This document shows, piece by piece, positions 45,425-54,936 of a stretch of 64,000 bases of DNA. A program made the position numbers and the translations under genes. This stretch comes from an uncultured Candidatus Saccharibacteria bacterium (GTDB taxonomy: Bacteria; Patescibacteriota; Minisyncoccia; Phycocordibacterales; UBA918). Below the pieces are notes generated by a model. It saw only the letters and a list, made by a program, of their open reading frames with translations, was not told the DNA's origin and searched no databases. The stretch covers positions 382 to 64,381 of the forward strand of contig CAYGLK010000002.1 in assembly GCA_964350985.1 (NCBI GenBank), in the 5' to 3' direction. The stretch's first letter is position 1, and each line of letters starts with the position of its first letter.

Positions 45425-47089
45425 CTACTTATGTTCGTAGGCCGCTTTTATAAAGCTAGTAAACAAAGGGTGTGGAGAAGTTGGCCGAGCTATTAGTTCA
45501 GGGTGGAATTGAGTCGCTACAAAAAACGGATGTTTTTCTGATGGTAGTTCCATGATTTCCATTAGTTTACGGTCGGCTGATTTACCAGAGAAAACTACTC
45601 CTGCTTCTTGTAGACGATCTACATATTCTGGATTTACCTCATAGCGATGTCTATGTCTTTCTATTATTGATGCTTTTTTATAAGCTCTAAACGCTTGTGT
45701 GTTCTTGGATAGTTTAGCTTCGTATTCACCGAGTCGCATAGTTCCTCCCAGCTTCCCTTCGAGCAAAAGTTGTTTCTGCTCGGGCATAATATCTATCAAT
45801 ATATGGTCTGCTTTTGGATTTATTTCAGCTGTACTGGCGTTTTTTAGTTTTAAAACATTTTGAGCAAACTCTAATACCGCCAACTGCATGCCGTAGCAAA
45901 TACCAAAATAAGGAATCTTTTTTTCACGAGCGTACTTGATAACATTTAACTTTCCCTCTACTCCAGTTTTACCAAAACCACCAGGTACTAAAATACCGTC
46001 ATAATTTTTTAGACTCTTTAATTTTGTACTATCTGAGAAATCACCAGATGAAAGATAGGTTATCTTTGGCTTTAAACCTAAAGAGTATGCGGAATATTTA
46101 ATTGCTTCTAGGACAGAAATGTAAACGTCAGATAAGACAAAGTCGCCTGAATTGAAATACTTCCCGACCACCGCTATTTTTACCTCAGCTTTTGTATTGG
46201 CAATAGAGTTAGTGAACTTGCGCCACTGACTCAAATTGGCCTTGCCAGAAGCTTTTAAAGTTAAAAGGTCACAAAGCTTTGAAGACATCTTTTCTGCTTC
46301 AAACAAGAGTGGAATATCGTAGACACTTGGTACATCAGGAGCTGAAAAAACATGATCAATCTGCACATTACAAAAACGAGCAATTTTTTCTTTTCGTTTT
46401 TGATCTACCTTGCTTGAGCTACGAGCAATGATAATGTCCGCAAATACTCCGACACCATTTAGGGCTCGTACAGCTGTCTGAGTCGGCTTGGTCTTCATTT
46501 CTCCAATACTGCCCGGGACTGGCAAGTAACTAACCATTACAGTAGCAACGTCATGAGGTGTCTCAGATTTCATCATTCGGATCGCTTCCAAGAAGAGAAC
46601 GTTTTGATACTCTCCCACAGTCCCACCTACCTCAACCAAGACCACGTCAGCCTTAGCTGCCTGACCCGCTCTCTTAATACGACCGATGATCTCAAGTGGA
46701 ATATCTGGTACGACTTCAACATTTTTACCTTCATAGCCCAGGTTACGTTCTTTCTCAATGACAGATAAATAGACGCTACCAGTTGTCATGTAGTTGAGAG
46801 CGAGAAGGTCCTGATCGAGGAAACGTTCATAGTTCCCCATATCTTGATCTGTCTCCAAGCCATCTTTGAGAACAAAAACCTCACCGTGCTCGGTCGGGTT
46901 CATTGTTCCAGCGTCAACATTAATATACGGATCAATTTTTATAGCTGTCACATTGAGTCCTCTAGCTTTCATTAAAAGTGCTATGGAAGAAGTGGTTACC
47001 CCTTTCCCAACTCCACTCATAACTCCACCGACAACAAAAATATACTTAGTTTTTTTGGCTTTAGTTAATCTTTTTTTTGCTAACGCCAT
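45425..47089 (-). CDS. pyrG: CTP synthase
   Basis: KYIFVVGGVMSGVGKG N-terminal synthetase motif, C-terminal glutamine amidotransferase (GICYGMQ, HPE); short N-terminal extension (MALAKKRLTKAKKT) uncertain. Confidence 0.9.
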   Translation of the reverse strand: MALAKKRLTKAKKTKYIFVVGGVMSGVGKGVTTSSIALLMKARGLNVTAIKIDPYINVDAGTMNPTEHGEVFVLKDGLETDQDMGNYERFLDQDLLALNYMTTGSVYLSVIEKERNLGYEGKNVEVVPDIPLEIIGRIKRAGQAAKADVVLVEVGGTVGEYQNVLFLEAIRMMKSETPHDVATVMVSYLPVPGSIGEMKTKPTQTAVRALNGVGVFADIIIARSSSKVDQKRKEKIARFCNVQIDHVFSAPDVPSVYDIPLLFEAEKMSSKLCDLLTLKASGKANLSQWRKFTNSIANTKAEVKIAVVGKYFNSGDFVLSDVYISVLEAIKYSAYSLGLKPKITYLSSGDFSDSTKLKSLKNYDGILVPGGFGKTGVEGKLNVIKYAREKKIPYFGICYGMQLAVLEFAQNVLKLKNASTAEINPKADHILIDIMPEQKQLLLEGKLGGTMRLGEYEAKLSKNTQAFRAYKKASIIERHRHRYEVNPEYVDRLQEAGVVFSGKSADRKLMEIMELPSEKHPFFVATQFHPELIARPTSPHPLFTSFIKAAYEHK

Positions 47090-47098
47090 AGCGGGAAA

Positions 47099-48019
47099 CT
47101 AAACGCGCAAGTATCGAGCTACTGCTAAAGCACTAGAGATCAGACCGAGAGCCACACCGGATCCAAGCAAAACTAAGAAGATGTAACTGAAGTTTGAGAT
47201 GAAATAAGTGAAAAGGTTAAATTCAAAGAAAGTCTCTGAAATTGGGCCAAGCCAGATCATAATCGGATAGAAGATCAACAGACAAAGAATACCCGCTACT
47301 AAGCCATACATTACTCCCTGGAGCATAAATGGGCCTCTAATAAACATATTTGAAGCTCCCACCAACCGCATGATAGAAATCTCTTCCCGGGCTGTATAAA
47401 TAGCCAGTCTAATAGTGTTAAAGGTGATCAGAGTAGCAGCAACAATCAAAACCAGCATAGTAATCAAACTAACTCGTTCAACAGCGCCGATAATGTTTGT
47501 TAGAGTATCAATCGCTTCTTTGTTACGGACATAGTTGATTTCATCAATCACTGGATTTTGTGGAGAAGCTAAATCTCGCTTCTCTTGCAAGAATCGAGCA
47601 ATGCTTTCATATTGTGAAGTTTGTTTAGCTTGAATAGCGATGTTAGCCCCAAGAGGATTGTCGTCTAGTTCAGCTAAAGCCTGCATCGCAATTTCGTCGT
47701 TTTGGTTTCGTTCTCGGTATTTTGACAAAGCTTCTTCTCTGGATGTATAGATAACGTTAGATACGTCAGGTAGTGCCTCCACCGCTAGACGGATAGAATC
47801 AATTTCATCTTGTGGTGCACTTGGTACGAAGTAGACGTTAATATCTACTTTTTCTTGGAGATTTTTTAAAGATGTAGTTAGCAGCTGATCAATAAACATT
47901 GTTGAACCAACTACAAACAAAGCTACAGTAATAACAAAAACTGAAGCGATTGAAACGTAGGCATTTCTCCAAAATCCAACGAATCCTGCTTTGGCTACTC
48001 TTTTAATTCCAGTGAACAT
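47099..48019 (-). CDS. ftsX: Cell-division ABC transporter permease FtsX
   Basis: FtsX N-terminal TM, large periplasmic loop, 3 C-terminal TM; directly downstream of ftsE. Confidence 0.85.
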   Translation of the reverse strand: MFTGIKRVAKAGFVGFWRNAYVSIASVFVITVALFVVGSTMFIDQLLTTSLKNLQEKVDINVYFVPSAPQDEIDSIRLAVEALPDVSNVIYTSREEALSKYRERNQNDEIAMQALAELDDNPLGANIAIQAKQTSQYESIARFLQEKRDLASPQNPVIDEINYVRNKEAIDTLTNIIGAVERVSLITMLVLIVAATLITFNTIRLAIYTAREEISIMRLVGASNMFIRGPFMLQGVMYGLVAGILCLLIFYPIMIWLGPISETFFEFNLFTYFISNFSYIFLVLLGSGVALGLISSALAVARYLRV

Positions 48020-48036
48020 AACTTGTCAAAAAATAA

Positions 48037-48720
48037 TTATAGAACGTATTTACCATTTTGGTCGTCACGAACAATTCTTCCTTCATCCATAGTAATAACT
48101 CGACGACCTAACTCATCAATAACTCCCTTGTTGTGAGTAGTCATTATAACAGTTGTTCCAAGATCATTAATCTTTCGTAAAATTTGAACCACTTCATAAG
48201 TCGCAATTGGGTCTAGGTTTCCAGTAGGTTCATCGGCCACGATAATGTCCGGCTGATTTACGATTGCTCGAGCTATTGCTACCCGTTGTTTTTCTCCACC
48301 TGAAAGCTCATGAGGAAAATTCCATGCTTTATCGTCTAGGTCTACCAAAGAAAGCGCTTGGGGCACGTTTTCTAAAATCTCCTCATCACTACGTCCGTTT
48401 GCTTCCATCGCAAAAGCGATATTTTCGTAAGCAGTTTTATGAGCCAGAAGTTTGAAATCCTGAAAAACAGTTCCAATCTTTCGTCTGTATCGAGGCAGCT
48501 TTCCTCGAGGAATTTGGTGAATATCTAATGACTCAAAAAATACTTGTCCGTGACTTGGCTTATCTTCCGCAATAATCATTTTAAGTAGAGTTGTCTTTCC
48601 AGCACCTGAATGGCCAACGATAGAAACGAATTCTTTTGGAGTAACTTGAAATGTCACCTCCTGCAAAGCCGCTGAGCGACCGTCGTTGTAGAGCTTGGAA
48701 ACATTATCAAAGTAAATCAT
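48037..48720 (-). CDS. ftsE: Cell-division ABC transporter ATP-binding protein FtsE
   Basis: Walker A GHSGAGKTT, LSGGEKQRVAIARA signature, Walker B IIVADEPTGNLD. Confidence 0.9.
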   Translation of the reverse strand: MIYFDNVSKLYNDGRSAALQEVTFQVTPKEFVSIVGHSGAGKTTLLKMIIAEDKPSHGQVFFESLDIHQIPRGKLPRYRRKIGTVFQDFKLLAHKTAYENIAFAMEANGRSDEEILENVPQALSLVDLDDKAWNFPHELSGGEKQRVAIARAIVNQPDIIVADEPTGNLDPIATYEVVQILRKINDLGTTVIMTTHNKGVIDELGRRVITMDEGRIVRDDQNGKYVL

Positions 48721-48741
48721 AAAGATTAGTATAACATGAGA

Positions 48742-49617
48742 TTATAAAGACTTGCCCGCAGCTATAAACGGATCTATTTCACCGCCAAGAACCTTGTTTA
48801 CATCCCTTACTTCAAGGTTATTTCGATGATCTTTAACTAGTTGATACGGATGCAGAACGTATGAACGAATCTGACTCCCCCATTCAATCTTTAAAGTCTT
48901 TTCAATACTTAAACCTTGAAGCTCTCGCAATTGCTGCGCTTCATAAAAAGCATAGACTCGTCCAGCGAGTAAACTAAGAGCTTGTTCACGATTTTTTTGT
49001 TGTGAACGCTCTGAAGAAACATTAACCATAATATTAGTTGGCTTATGAACTATTCGTACCGCTGTCTCTCGCTTGTTTACATTTTGTCCGCCAGCACCAC
49101 CTGACTTGGCAAAAGTAACTTCGATTTCATCTTCCTTAAGTTCTATTGCAGCCAAGTCGTCAATCTTGGGTGAAACTTCCACCAAGACAAATGAAGTCTG
49201 TCTTTTTCCGTTACTATTGAAAGGTGATATTCGAACTAAGCGGTGAACACCTGACTCCATTCTTAAAGTTCCGTAAGCTTCTTTGCCTTGAACTTCAATA
49301 GTGATGTTACGGTAGCCGTTATGATCATTGTTGTTACTGTCTAGAATAAAAAAAGACCAATTACGATTTTCTGTATAGCGTTGATACATTTCAACTAACA
49401 TCCGGGCAAAATCTTCTGCATCGTCTCCCCCAGCACCTGCCACAATGGTAATGACTGCATTATTTCGGTCGTACTTTCCTTTACCGTCCGAAGTATCTTT
49501 AAGTTCTTGGAGTTCTTTAATCATTGCTTGCGCCTTTTGTGGGTCACTCCAAAAATCATTCTGCAACATAGCAGCTTCAATTTCCTCTATCCGTTTAGCA
49601 ATAGCTTCAGGCGACAT
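48742..49617 (-). CDS. prfB: Peptide chain release factor 2 (compact, 291 aa, no programmed frameshift)
   Basis: SPF tripeptide (RF2-specific) and GGQ motif ([11 protein letters not shown]); single uninterrupted ORF. Confidence 0.85.
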   Translation of the reverse strand: MSPEAIAKRIEEIEAAMLQNDFWSDPQKAQAMIKELQELKDTSDGKGKYDRNNAVITIVAGAGGDDAEDFARMLVEMYQRYTENRNWSFFILDSNNNDHNGYRNITIEVQGKEAYGTLRMESGVHRLVRISPFNSNGKRQTSFVLVEVSPKIDDLAAIELKEDEIEVTFAKSGGAGGQNVNKRETAVRIVHKPTNIMVNVSSERSQQKNREQALSLLAGRVYAFYEAQQLRELQGLSIEKTLKIEWGSQIRSYVLHPYQLVKDHRNNLEVRDVNKVLGGEIDPFIAAGKSL

Positions 49618-49643
49618 TATTTAATGATTATATCAGAAAAAGC

Positions 49644-49671
49644 AAAAGCGCGGACCAGGGTCCGCGCTTTT
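49644..49671. terminator. Bidirectional terminator (aagcgcggacc-a-ggtccgcgctt)
   Basis: Perfect 11-bp stem flanked by A and T runs. Confidence 0.65.
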
Positions 49672-49675
49672 CGAC

Positions 49676-49888
49676 TCACTCTTCAAATCCGATCTCTCCG
49701 ACTTCACTTTTTTCAAGTAACCTCATCATGTTAAAGAAGGAATGCAGGATTCCCCCAATAAACAAAAAGGACCAGAAGAAGTCGGTATAGGTTATTGGTT
49801 CTTTACTCAAGAACCAAATGGAAGTCGCTTGCCACACTAATGCGGCAAGCGAAGATACAAAAAGCACGACAAAGTGCCAGAGTTTCAT
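49676..49888 (-). CDS. Small 2-TM membrane protein (hypothetical)
   Basis: 70-aa ORF. Confidence 0.3.
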   Translation of the reverse strand: MKLWHFVVLFVSSLAALVWQATSIWFLSKEPITYTDFFWSFLFIGGILHSFFNMMRLLEKSEVGEIGFEE

Positions 49889-49958
49889 TTCTTCTCCCCC
49901 GTTACTAACTACCTAGATCTTACTTCTTACTACAATACTGTCAACGACGTCTTAAATG

Positions 49959-50031
49959 AGCCATCAAACAGAATCGAACTGTTGACCTCGTCCTTACCAT
50001 GGACGTGCTCTACCAACTGAGCTATGATGGC
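49959..50031 (-). tRNA. tRNA-Thr (anticodon GGU)
   Basis: GCCATCA acceptor, anticodon stem CGTCC/GGACG with loop ATGGTAA, T-loop TTCGATT; 73 nt. Confidence 0.85.
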
Positions 50032-50078
50032 GACTTTTAAAATTAGACAATTAAATATGATTCATATTGTCTAACGAA

Positions 50079-50112
50079 TCTGGGCGCAGAAAATGAATTT
50101 TCTGCGCCCAGA
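50079..50112. terminator. Intrinsic terminator hairpin (tctgggcgcagaaaat / attttctgcgcccaga)
   Basis: 16-bp inverted repeat. Confidence 0.6.
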
Positions 50113-50144
50113 TAGAATACCAGAATTTAGTTCAAACTCAAAAA

Positions 50145-50342
50145 CTACAGTTTGTGCGCTTCCATGAATCCGCGAGTTGCTAAGTAACCTAAAACCATCA
50201 CCGCCGCTCCACTAAACCATAGTGGTACCGAATAACCTGCAACTGAAGCTTCAAAAACAAAGATGATCCGTCCTAGATGAGCAATAGCTATTACAGTGAA
50301 AGCAATAGCTGAAGCGGTTAAGTACCATTTATTATTTGTCAT
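50145..50342 (-). CDS. Small 2-TM membrane protein (hypothetical)
   Basis: 65-aa ORF. Confidence 0.3.
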   Translation of the reverse strand: MTNNKWYLTASAIAFTVIAIAHLGRIIFVFEASVAGYSVPLWFSGAAVMVLGYLATRGFMEAHKL

Positions 50343-50388
50343 ATATATTATTATAACCTGTCTTTCTTCAAGAAAGCTGTCTTGCCCA

Positions 50389-51909
50389 CTAAAAATCTCT
50401 AGGCTTCTCTTTCTCTAAACCGTAGCGCTTCAAAGCATCTTCTCTAGCAGTTTTATGTTCCACCAAAGGTACGCTTGGTGACATGAGAATTTCATTTTTT
50501 GAACTGAGCCACTTATCGCGATAGGCAGAAGACTTATCGTAGTTTTTTGCTTGCAGCTCTGGATTAAAAATACGAATAGGCTTAGGGTCAGCCCCGACTG
50601 AAGCCCCCCACTGCCAACCACCACTATTTGAAGCTTCATCTAAATCAATCAAAGCGGCTCTAAAGTACTCTTGACCCCATCGCCAATCAACACCGAGATT
50701 CTTGGTTAAAATACTCGCCACAATCATTCTGGCGCGATTATGCATCCACCCAGTCTCTGCTATTTGTTTCATAGCAGCATCAACTACATCATATCCAGTC
50801 TCACCTTTTATCCAGGCGACAAAACGCTCCTTGGCTACTTTATTATTTTCCCATTTTATAGACTGACGAAAACGCTTTTGGAATTCAGTTTGCATTAACT
50901 CTGGGTGATGGAACAGCTGATAGCGATAAAACTCACGCCAGATTAATTCAGAAATAAAAATTAAAGCCCCTTTCTCTACCCTTGAAGAATCTGGATTATC
51001 AAAATCTTCGTCAAAGTGTTTTTTGATCATGGAAGTTAAGGTTCTAACAGAAACCAAACCCCAAGCCAAAGCGAGGCTCATTCGTGACGTACGACCCTCA
51101 TACGCTCTTCTATCAGCTTCTTTCCCTGCATCCAGCTCAAGTGAGTCGCGGTTGGTTGAATAAGCTTCTAAGTCCCCTGAATCTAAGTAATCAGCAAAGC
51201 GTTTTAAAGCAGCTTTTTCATCTATATACCAACCTTCTAAGTTAGATTTAGGTAAAAGTTGATCAAGATCAATAATCTCCTCACCTACTTTAATTAATCT
51301 TTTTTCACTAAAAACATTTTCTAATGTTTCTGTATTAGTTTTAACTTGTTTTGGTAAATTAGAAAATTCTTTTTCTCCTAAATAATGTAAGTCTTTATTA
51401 TTAAAGGTAGCCAGATGTTTCTTCTGTACAAAATCAACCCAGACTCTTTTTTTAAATGGAGTAAAGACGCTATAGAGATTTCCTTCTTGTGATCTTGTCT
51501 CTTTTGAAACAGACAAAGCGTCCTCCAAGACACTTATTTTAATACCAGCAGCTTCTATTTTTTGAACTTGTTTATAAAAGTCTTCATAGACGTCATCGTT
51601 CACAAAAACTTCAAGCTCATATTTCTGGCTTAGTTTTATAAAATAACTAGCAGCTTTATCTTGAACTAACAAAAACCGATCAAATTTTAAAGCAAAATCC
51701 GGTAAGGCTCTGGAGAGAAACCATCTTGATGGATGGCCAAACTGAAAATCAGTCCCGCCTTCTTTCATGTAATCTTCAATAATGAAGATTGGAAGAAATG
51801 GAGTCTTGGTTTGACGGCTTGCCTCGACAGCCTTCAGCAAAGCTGGATTGTCAGCCAGACGCAGGTCGCGTCTTGCCCAGTAAAGTATCAGTTTATCTTT
51901 TTGCATCAA
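50389..51909 (-). CDS. phr: Deoxyribodipyrimidine photolyase / cryptochrome-family protein
   Basis: N-terminal photolyase alpha/beta domain (LILYWARRDLRLADNPAL), C-terminal FAD-binding domain (GWMHNRARMIVASIL, WQWGASVG). Confidence 0.85.
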   Translation of the reverse strand: MMQKDKLILYWARRDLRLADNPALLKAVEASRQTKTPFLPIFIIEDYMKEGGTDFQFGHPSRWFLSRALPDFALKFDRFLLVQDKAASYFIKLSQKYELEVFVNDDVYEDFYKQVQKIEAAGIKISVLEDALSVSKETRSQEGNLYSVFTPFKKRVWVDFVQKKHLATFNNKDLHYLGEKEFSNLPKQVKTNTETLENVFSEKRLIKVGEEIIDLDQLLPKSNLEGWYIDEKAALKRFADYLDSGDLEAYSTNRDSLELDAGKEADRRAYEGRTSRMSLALAWGLVSVRTLTSMIKKHFDEDFDNPDSSRVEKGALIFISELIWREFYRYQLFHHPELMQTEFQKRFRQSIKWENNKVAKERFVAWIKGETGYDVVDAAMKQIAETGWMHNRARMIVASILTKNLGVDWRWGQEYFRAALIDLDEASNSGGWQWGASVGADPKPIRIFNPELQAKNYDKSSAYRDKWLSSKNEILMSPSVPLVEHKTAREDALKRYGLEKEKPRDF

Positions 51910-51950
51910 ACTATGGGTAGTGAAATACTACCCCAAAGATTACCCTTCTC

Positions 51951-52724
51951 TTAATTAGACTCTTCGATTCTTTTTACATCAACTCCAGCTTCAGTCAGTG
52001 ATCCTTTCACAGTAACCCTCATGGTTTCAAAAAGTACTTCATCTGTACAAACCTTTTCTTCACCATCCTTTAGAATACAGTTACTCTCCCCACTTAAGAA
52101 TAGTGGTGCAGTATGTCCCATAACTCCGTTTTGTTCAAAAACTAAGTGCCAATATTGAGAATCAAGAGGTGCTGGTAAACTATCTTTCATTAAGAATCCT
52201 TCTCGGTCAAAACTAAACTCACCGACATCTGGGGCTTGTTCGCCAGATCCACAAGAAATATCTTTAATTAACCAAAAACCTTCTGCTCTCTTATCTAGAT
52301 CAACAACTACTTGTGTTGCAAGGGTGTTTTCTTTTGGAGTAATAAGAAGTTGTGCAGCTTTCTCATTTTCAAATATAACCTTTACTCTAAGTTTTTCAGG
52401 TACTTCATACTGACAAAGAATTGGATCTTTCTCATTTGTTCTAAAGTCATTTTCAGCATCAGCTATCTTTTGATTTAAATCTTTACTAAAGGCTGCTGTT
52501 GGTACTAACTTTGCAGCATAAGGGTCAGTTGTTGTTGATCGCCTCGCCTCCATCCACACTTCATAAAAGTCCAAAACAATACCTCGGGAATCCCCTTCCA
52601 CTCCCGGACTATCATCTATAGTAATTCCACTGTCAGTTTTTTTATCAGATAAAGATGCCCAAGCTACAACCAAAGCAATTGCTAAAAGCAGCAAGGCCGG
52701 TATTAAAATTTTACGAATATTCAT
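51951..52724 (-). CDS. Secreted hypothetical protein
   Basis: N-terminal signal/TM, 257 aa. Confidence 0.4.
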   Translation of the reverse strand: MNIRKILIPALLLLAIALVVAWASLSDKKTDSGITIDDSPGVEGDSRGIVLDFYEVWMEARRSTTTDPYAAKLVPTAAFSKDLNQKIADAENDFRTNEKDPILCQYEVPEKLRVKVIFENEKAAQLLITPKENTLATQVVVDLDKRAEGFWLIKDISCGSGEQAPDVGEFSFDREGFLMKDSLPAPLDSQYWHLVFEQNGVMGHTAPLFLSGESNCILKDGEEKVCTDEVLFETMRVTVKGSLTEAGVDVKRIEESN

Positions 52725-52930
52725 CGGTAAATAATATCATGAGAAAGTAATTTTAGGTATAGAAAAAGCCCAGAAGGGCTTTGTTTTCTTCTGGTCACGA
52801 GTTACTAACTATAATTGTTCGTCTCCGACTCCAATTATAGTAAGGACTCTCGACCCCGACTCATCTGTTGCAAGCAACATGATTCCGTCTCGCAGTTTGA
52901 TACAGAAGCAAAGCAGTTTGCTTCTTAAAA

Positions 52931-52967
52931 CAAAAAACAACAGTCAAAGACTGTTGTTTTTTGTTTT
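52931..52967. terminator. Intrinsic terminator (aaaacaacagtc-aaa-gactgttgtttt)
   Basis: 12-bp stem with flanking A/T runs, downstream of tRNA-Asp. Confidence 0.6.
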
Positions 52968-52976
52968 ATCTAACTG

Positions 52977-53050
52977 CGCGAGCGATGGGATTCGAACCCA
53001 CGGCCTCTTCCGTGACAGGGAAGCGCTCTAACCAGCTGAGCTACGCCCGC
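52977..53050 (-). tRNA. tRNA-Asp (anticodon GUC)
   Basis: GCGGGCG acceptor, anticodon loop CTGTCAC, T-loop TTCGAAT. Confidence 0.85.
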
Positions 53051-53144
53051 AATATTCCTCCCTACTTACAACTTAAGTAGTGGGAAGAGTATATACATTT
53101 TCAACAAAAAGGGCAACATCTAGATTAGTGGAGTTGTTTTATAT

Positions 53145-53450
53145 TGTGTCGACGGGAGGGAATGATCCTTACAGGATCAGTACACCTTTTGGCTATTTCT
53201 TTTCATATTTCAAGAAATAACACAAAAGCTCATCGTTCCCTCACGAACAGTTCATTGAACTGTTCTCCGTCTCCATTAAAAATACTTCGTAATTTGTGTC
53301 GACGGGAGGGAACGATCCTTACAGGATCAGTACACCTTTTGGCTATTTCTTTTCATACTTCAAGAAATAGCACAAAAGCTCATCGTTCCCTCACGAACAG
53401 TTTCCCAAACTGTTCTCCTTCGACACAGAAATAGCCTAAAGTCTTTTATT
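53145..53450. repeat. Tandem direct repeat, about 150-155 bp x 2 full units, each beginning with a copy of the tRNA-Met 3' end (tgtgtcgacgggagggaa(c/t)gatcc); a third copy is the 3' end of the intact tRNA-Met itself
   Basis: Units at about 53145-53294 and 53295-53449 are over 90% identical; each also contains a second T-arm-like segment (catcgttccctcacgaacag) and a palindrome (gaacagttcattgaactgttc / gaacagtttcccaaactgttc). Confidence 0.8.
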
Positions 53451-53451
53451 G

Positions 53452-53525
53452 TGTCGACGGGAGGGAACGATCCTCCGACCTTAGCTTTATGAGTGCTACG
53501 CTCTAACCAACTGAGCTACGCCGAC
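53452..53525 (-). tRNA. tRNA-Met/Ile2 (anticodon CAU; elongator type with G1-C72)
   Basis: GTCGGCG acceptor, anticodon loop CTCATAA, atypical T-loop ATCGTTC. Confidence 0.75.
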
Positions 53526-53565
53526 AGTGCGCAAAAGATACTACATTTTGACCGGTTAATCAATC

Positions 53566-54252
53566 TTACTTTCCTCTTTTAGCCAGAATCTTTTCAGCTT
53601 TTTCAATATCTTCTGGGTAACCGATCGGAATCCATAGGTCCTGCTCAATTATCTGTACTCGATTATTCTTCGCAAACTCTGTGACCATATCAGTGACATA
53701 TATCTCTCCTGAAGCAGAAATTGGCATTTCATATGAAAAAATAGAATCATTCAGTACATATCCGCCTATATTTATATGATTTGAAGGTGGATTTGCTGGT
53801 TTTTCAATAATCTCTTTTAAGGTTCCATCAGAATTAGAAACTAAGACTCCAAACCTTTCAGGTGTTTTTGAATGATAGCCAAAAATCATAGAGTCGAAAG
53901 AAACAGCCTGTTTAAGCATAGCCTCTCCATAAATATCATCGCCGTTTAGGAGGAGGAATTTTCCGCGTAAAATATTTTTTGTACACATTAGAGCATCTCC
54001 TGTTCCCCCTGCCGGATTTTGCTGTTCACAATAGGTTACTTTTTTTCCAAAATAATTAGAACCACATGTCTCAATAATTCTTTCCTTAAGATAAGAGACG
54101 ACTAAGATTATTTCATCAATTTCTGATGGTAATGCTCTAACTATATGCTCTAGGACAGGCGCCTCGCAAACTTCAATTAGAGGCTTAGGGACAGTTTCCG
54201 TAATTGGTCGCAGACGAGTACCTTTGCCTGCACATAAAATTACGCACTGCAT
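53566..54252 (-). CDS. Sugar-phosphate nucleotidyltransferase (NTP_transferase domain) paralog 1
   Basis: MQCVILCAGKGTRLRPITETVPKPLIEV N-terminal signature. Confidence 0.75.
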   Translation of the reverse strand: MQCVILCAGKGTRLRPITETVPKPLIEVCEAPVLEHIVRALPSEIDEIILVVSYLKERIIETCGSNYFGKKVTYCEQQNPAGGTGDALMCTKNILRGKFLLLNGDDIYGEAMLKQAVSFDSMIFGYHSKTPERFGVLVSNSDGTLKEIIEKPANPPSNHINIGGYVLNDSIFSYEMPISASGEIYVTDMVTEFAKNNRVQIIEQDLWIPIGYPEDIEKAEKILAKRGK

Positions 54253-54258
54253 ATATAA

Positions 54259-54936
54259 TTAATCTCTTAAGAGTCTTGCTTCAGCCTTAACAATATCTTC
54301 GGGATAACCTATAGCCAACCATAGATTTTGTTCAACTACAGCAATGGGATATTTTTCTTTATATCTCATGATTATTTCTGGCATGAAATATTCATTATTA
54401 ATCGGAGACTCTGGAGGAAAGTCAAAAATGTTTCTATCAAGCACCATTGGGCCAGTAGCAACAAGGTTTGATGATGGTGAAGCTGGTTTCTCTGCCATGT
54501 CGGCAATTGTTCCGTCAGGATTTCTCACGATCACTCCAAATCTTTCTGGAAAATCACTAGTTGTCGCTAAAATTGATCTGGTATAAGAAACTGAACGAGC
54601 TAAGTCTTCCTTACCATGAATATCATCAGCAAACATGTATAGAAAGCGTCCTTTAATCAAATCTTTAGCTAGCCACAAAGCTTTTGCTGGTCCATTGATT
54701 TCTTTCTGTTCTATATAGGTTACTGGCCGACCATAAAATTCGTTTCCGCAATACTCGCGGATCATATCACCCCGATAGCCGACTACTATTAACAACTCCT
54801 TAACCGCACTAGGAAGCGCTCCTACTATATGATCGAGTAGCGTCTTCCCTGCCACTTTTACTAAAGGTTTAGGAATCGTCTCAGTTAGAGGTCTCAGTCT
54901 TGACCCCTTTCCGGCAGCTAAAATGACACATTGCAT
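54259..54936 (-). CDS. Sugar-phosphate nucleotidyltransferase paralog 2
   Basis: MQCVILAAGKGSRLRPLTETIPKPLVKV; about 35% identity to neighbour. Confidence 0.75.
   Translation of the reverse strand: MQCVILAAGKGSRLRPLTETIPKPLVKVAGKTLLDHIVGALPSAVKELLIVVGYRGDMIREYCGNEFYGRPVTYIEQKEINGPAKALWLAKDLIKGRFLYMFADDIHGKEDLARSVSYTRSILATTSDFPERFGVIVRNPDGTIADMAEKPASPSSNLVATGPMVLDRNIFDFPPESPINNEYFMPEIIMRYKEKYPIAVVEQNLWLAIGYPEDIVKAEARLLRD

Noticed and set aside
45425-47089. pyrG N-terminal 14-aa extension (MALAKKRLTKAKKT) as evidence of mis-annotated start
   Set aside because: No alternative in-frame ATG/GTG/TTG between the annotated start and the conserved KYIFV motif was found, so the extension is retained.
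52800-52925. Inverted repeats (ctataattg...caattatag; gaagcaaa-gcag-tttgcttc) between the secreted-protein gene and tRNA-Asp
   Set aside because: Could be a small RNA or processing signals of the tRNA transcript, but no conserved motif recognised and no promoter. Insufficient evidence.
53144-53434. 96-aa plus-strand ORF with internal duplicated peptide
   Set aside because: Entirely within the tRNA-Met-derived tandem repeat; the duplication of the peptide simply reflects the DNA repeat.
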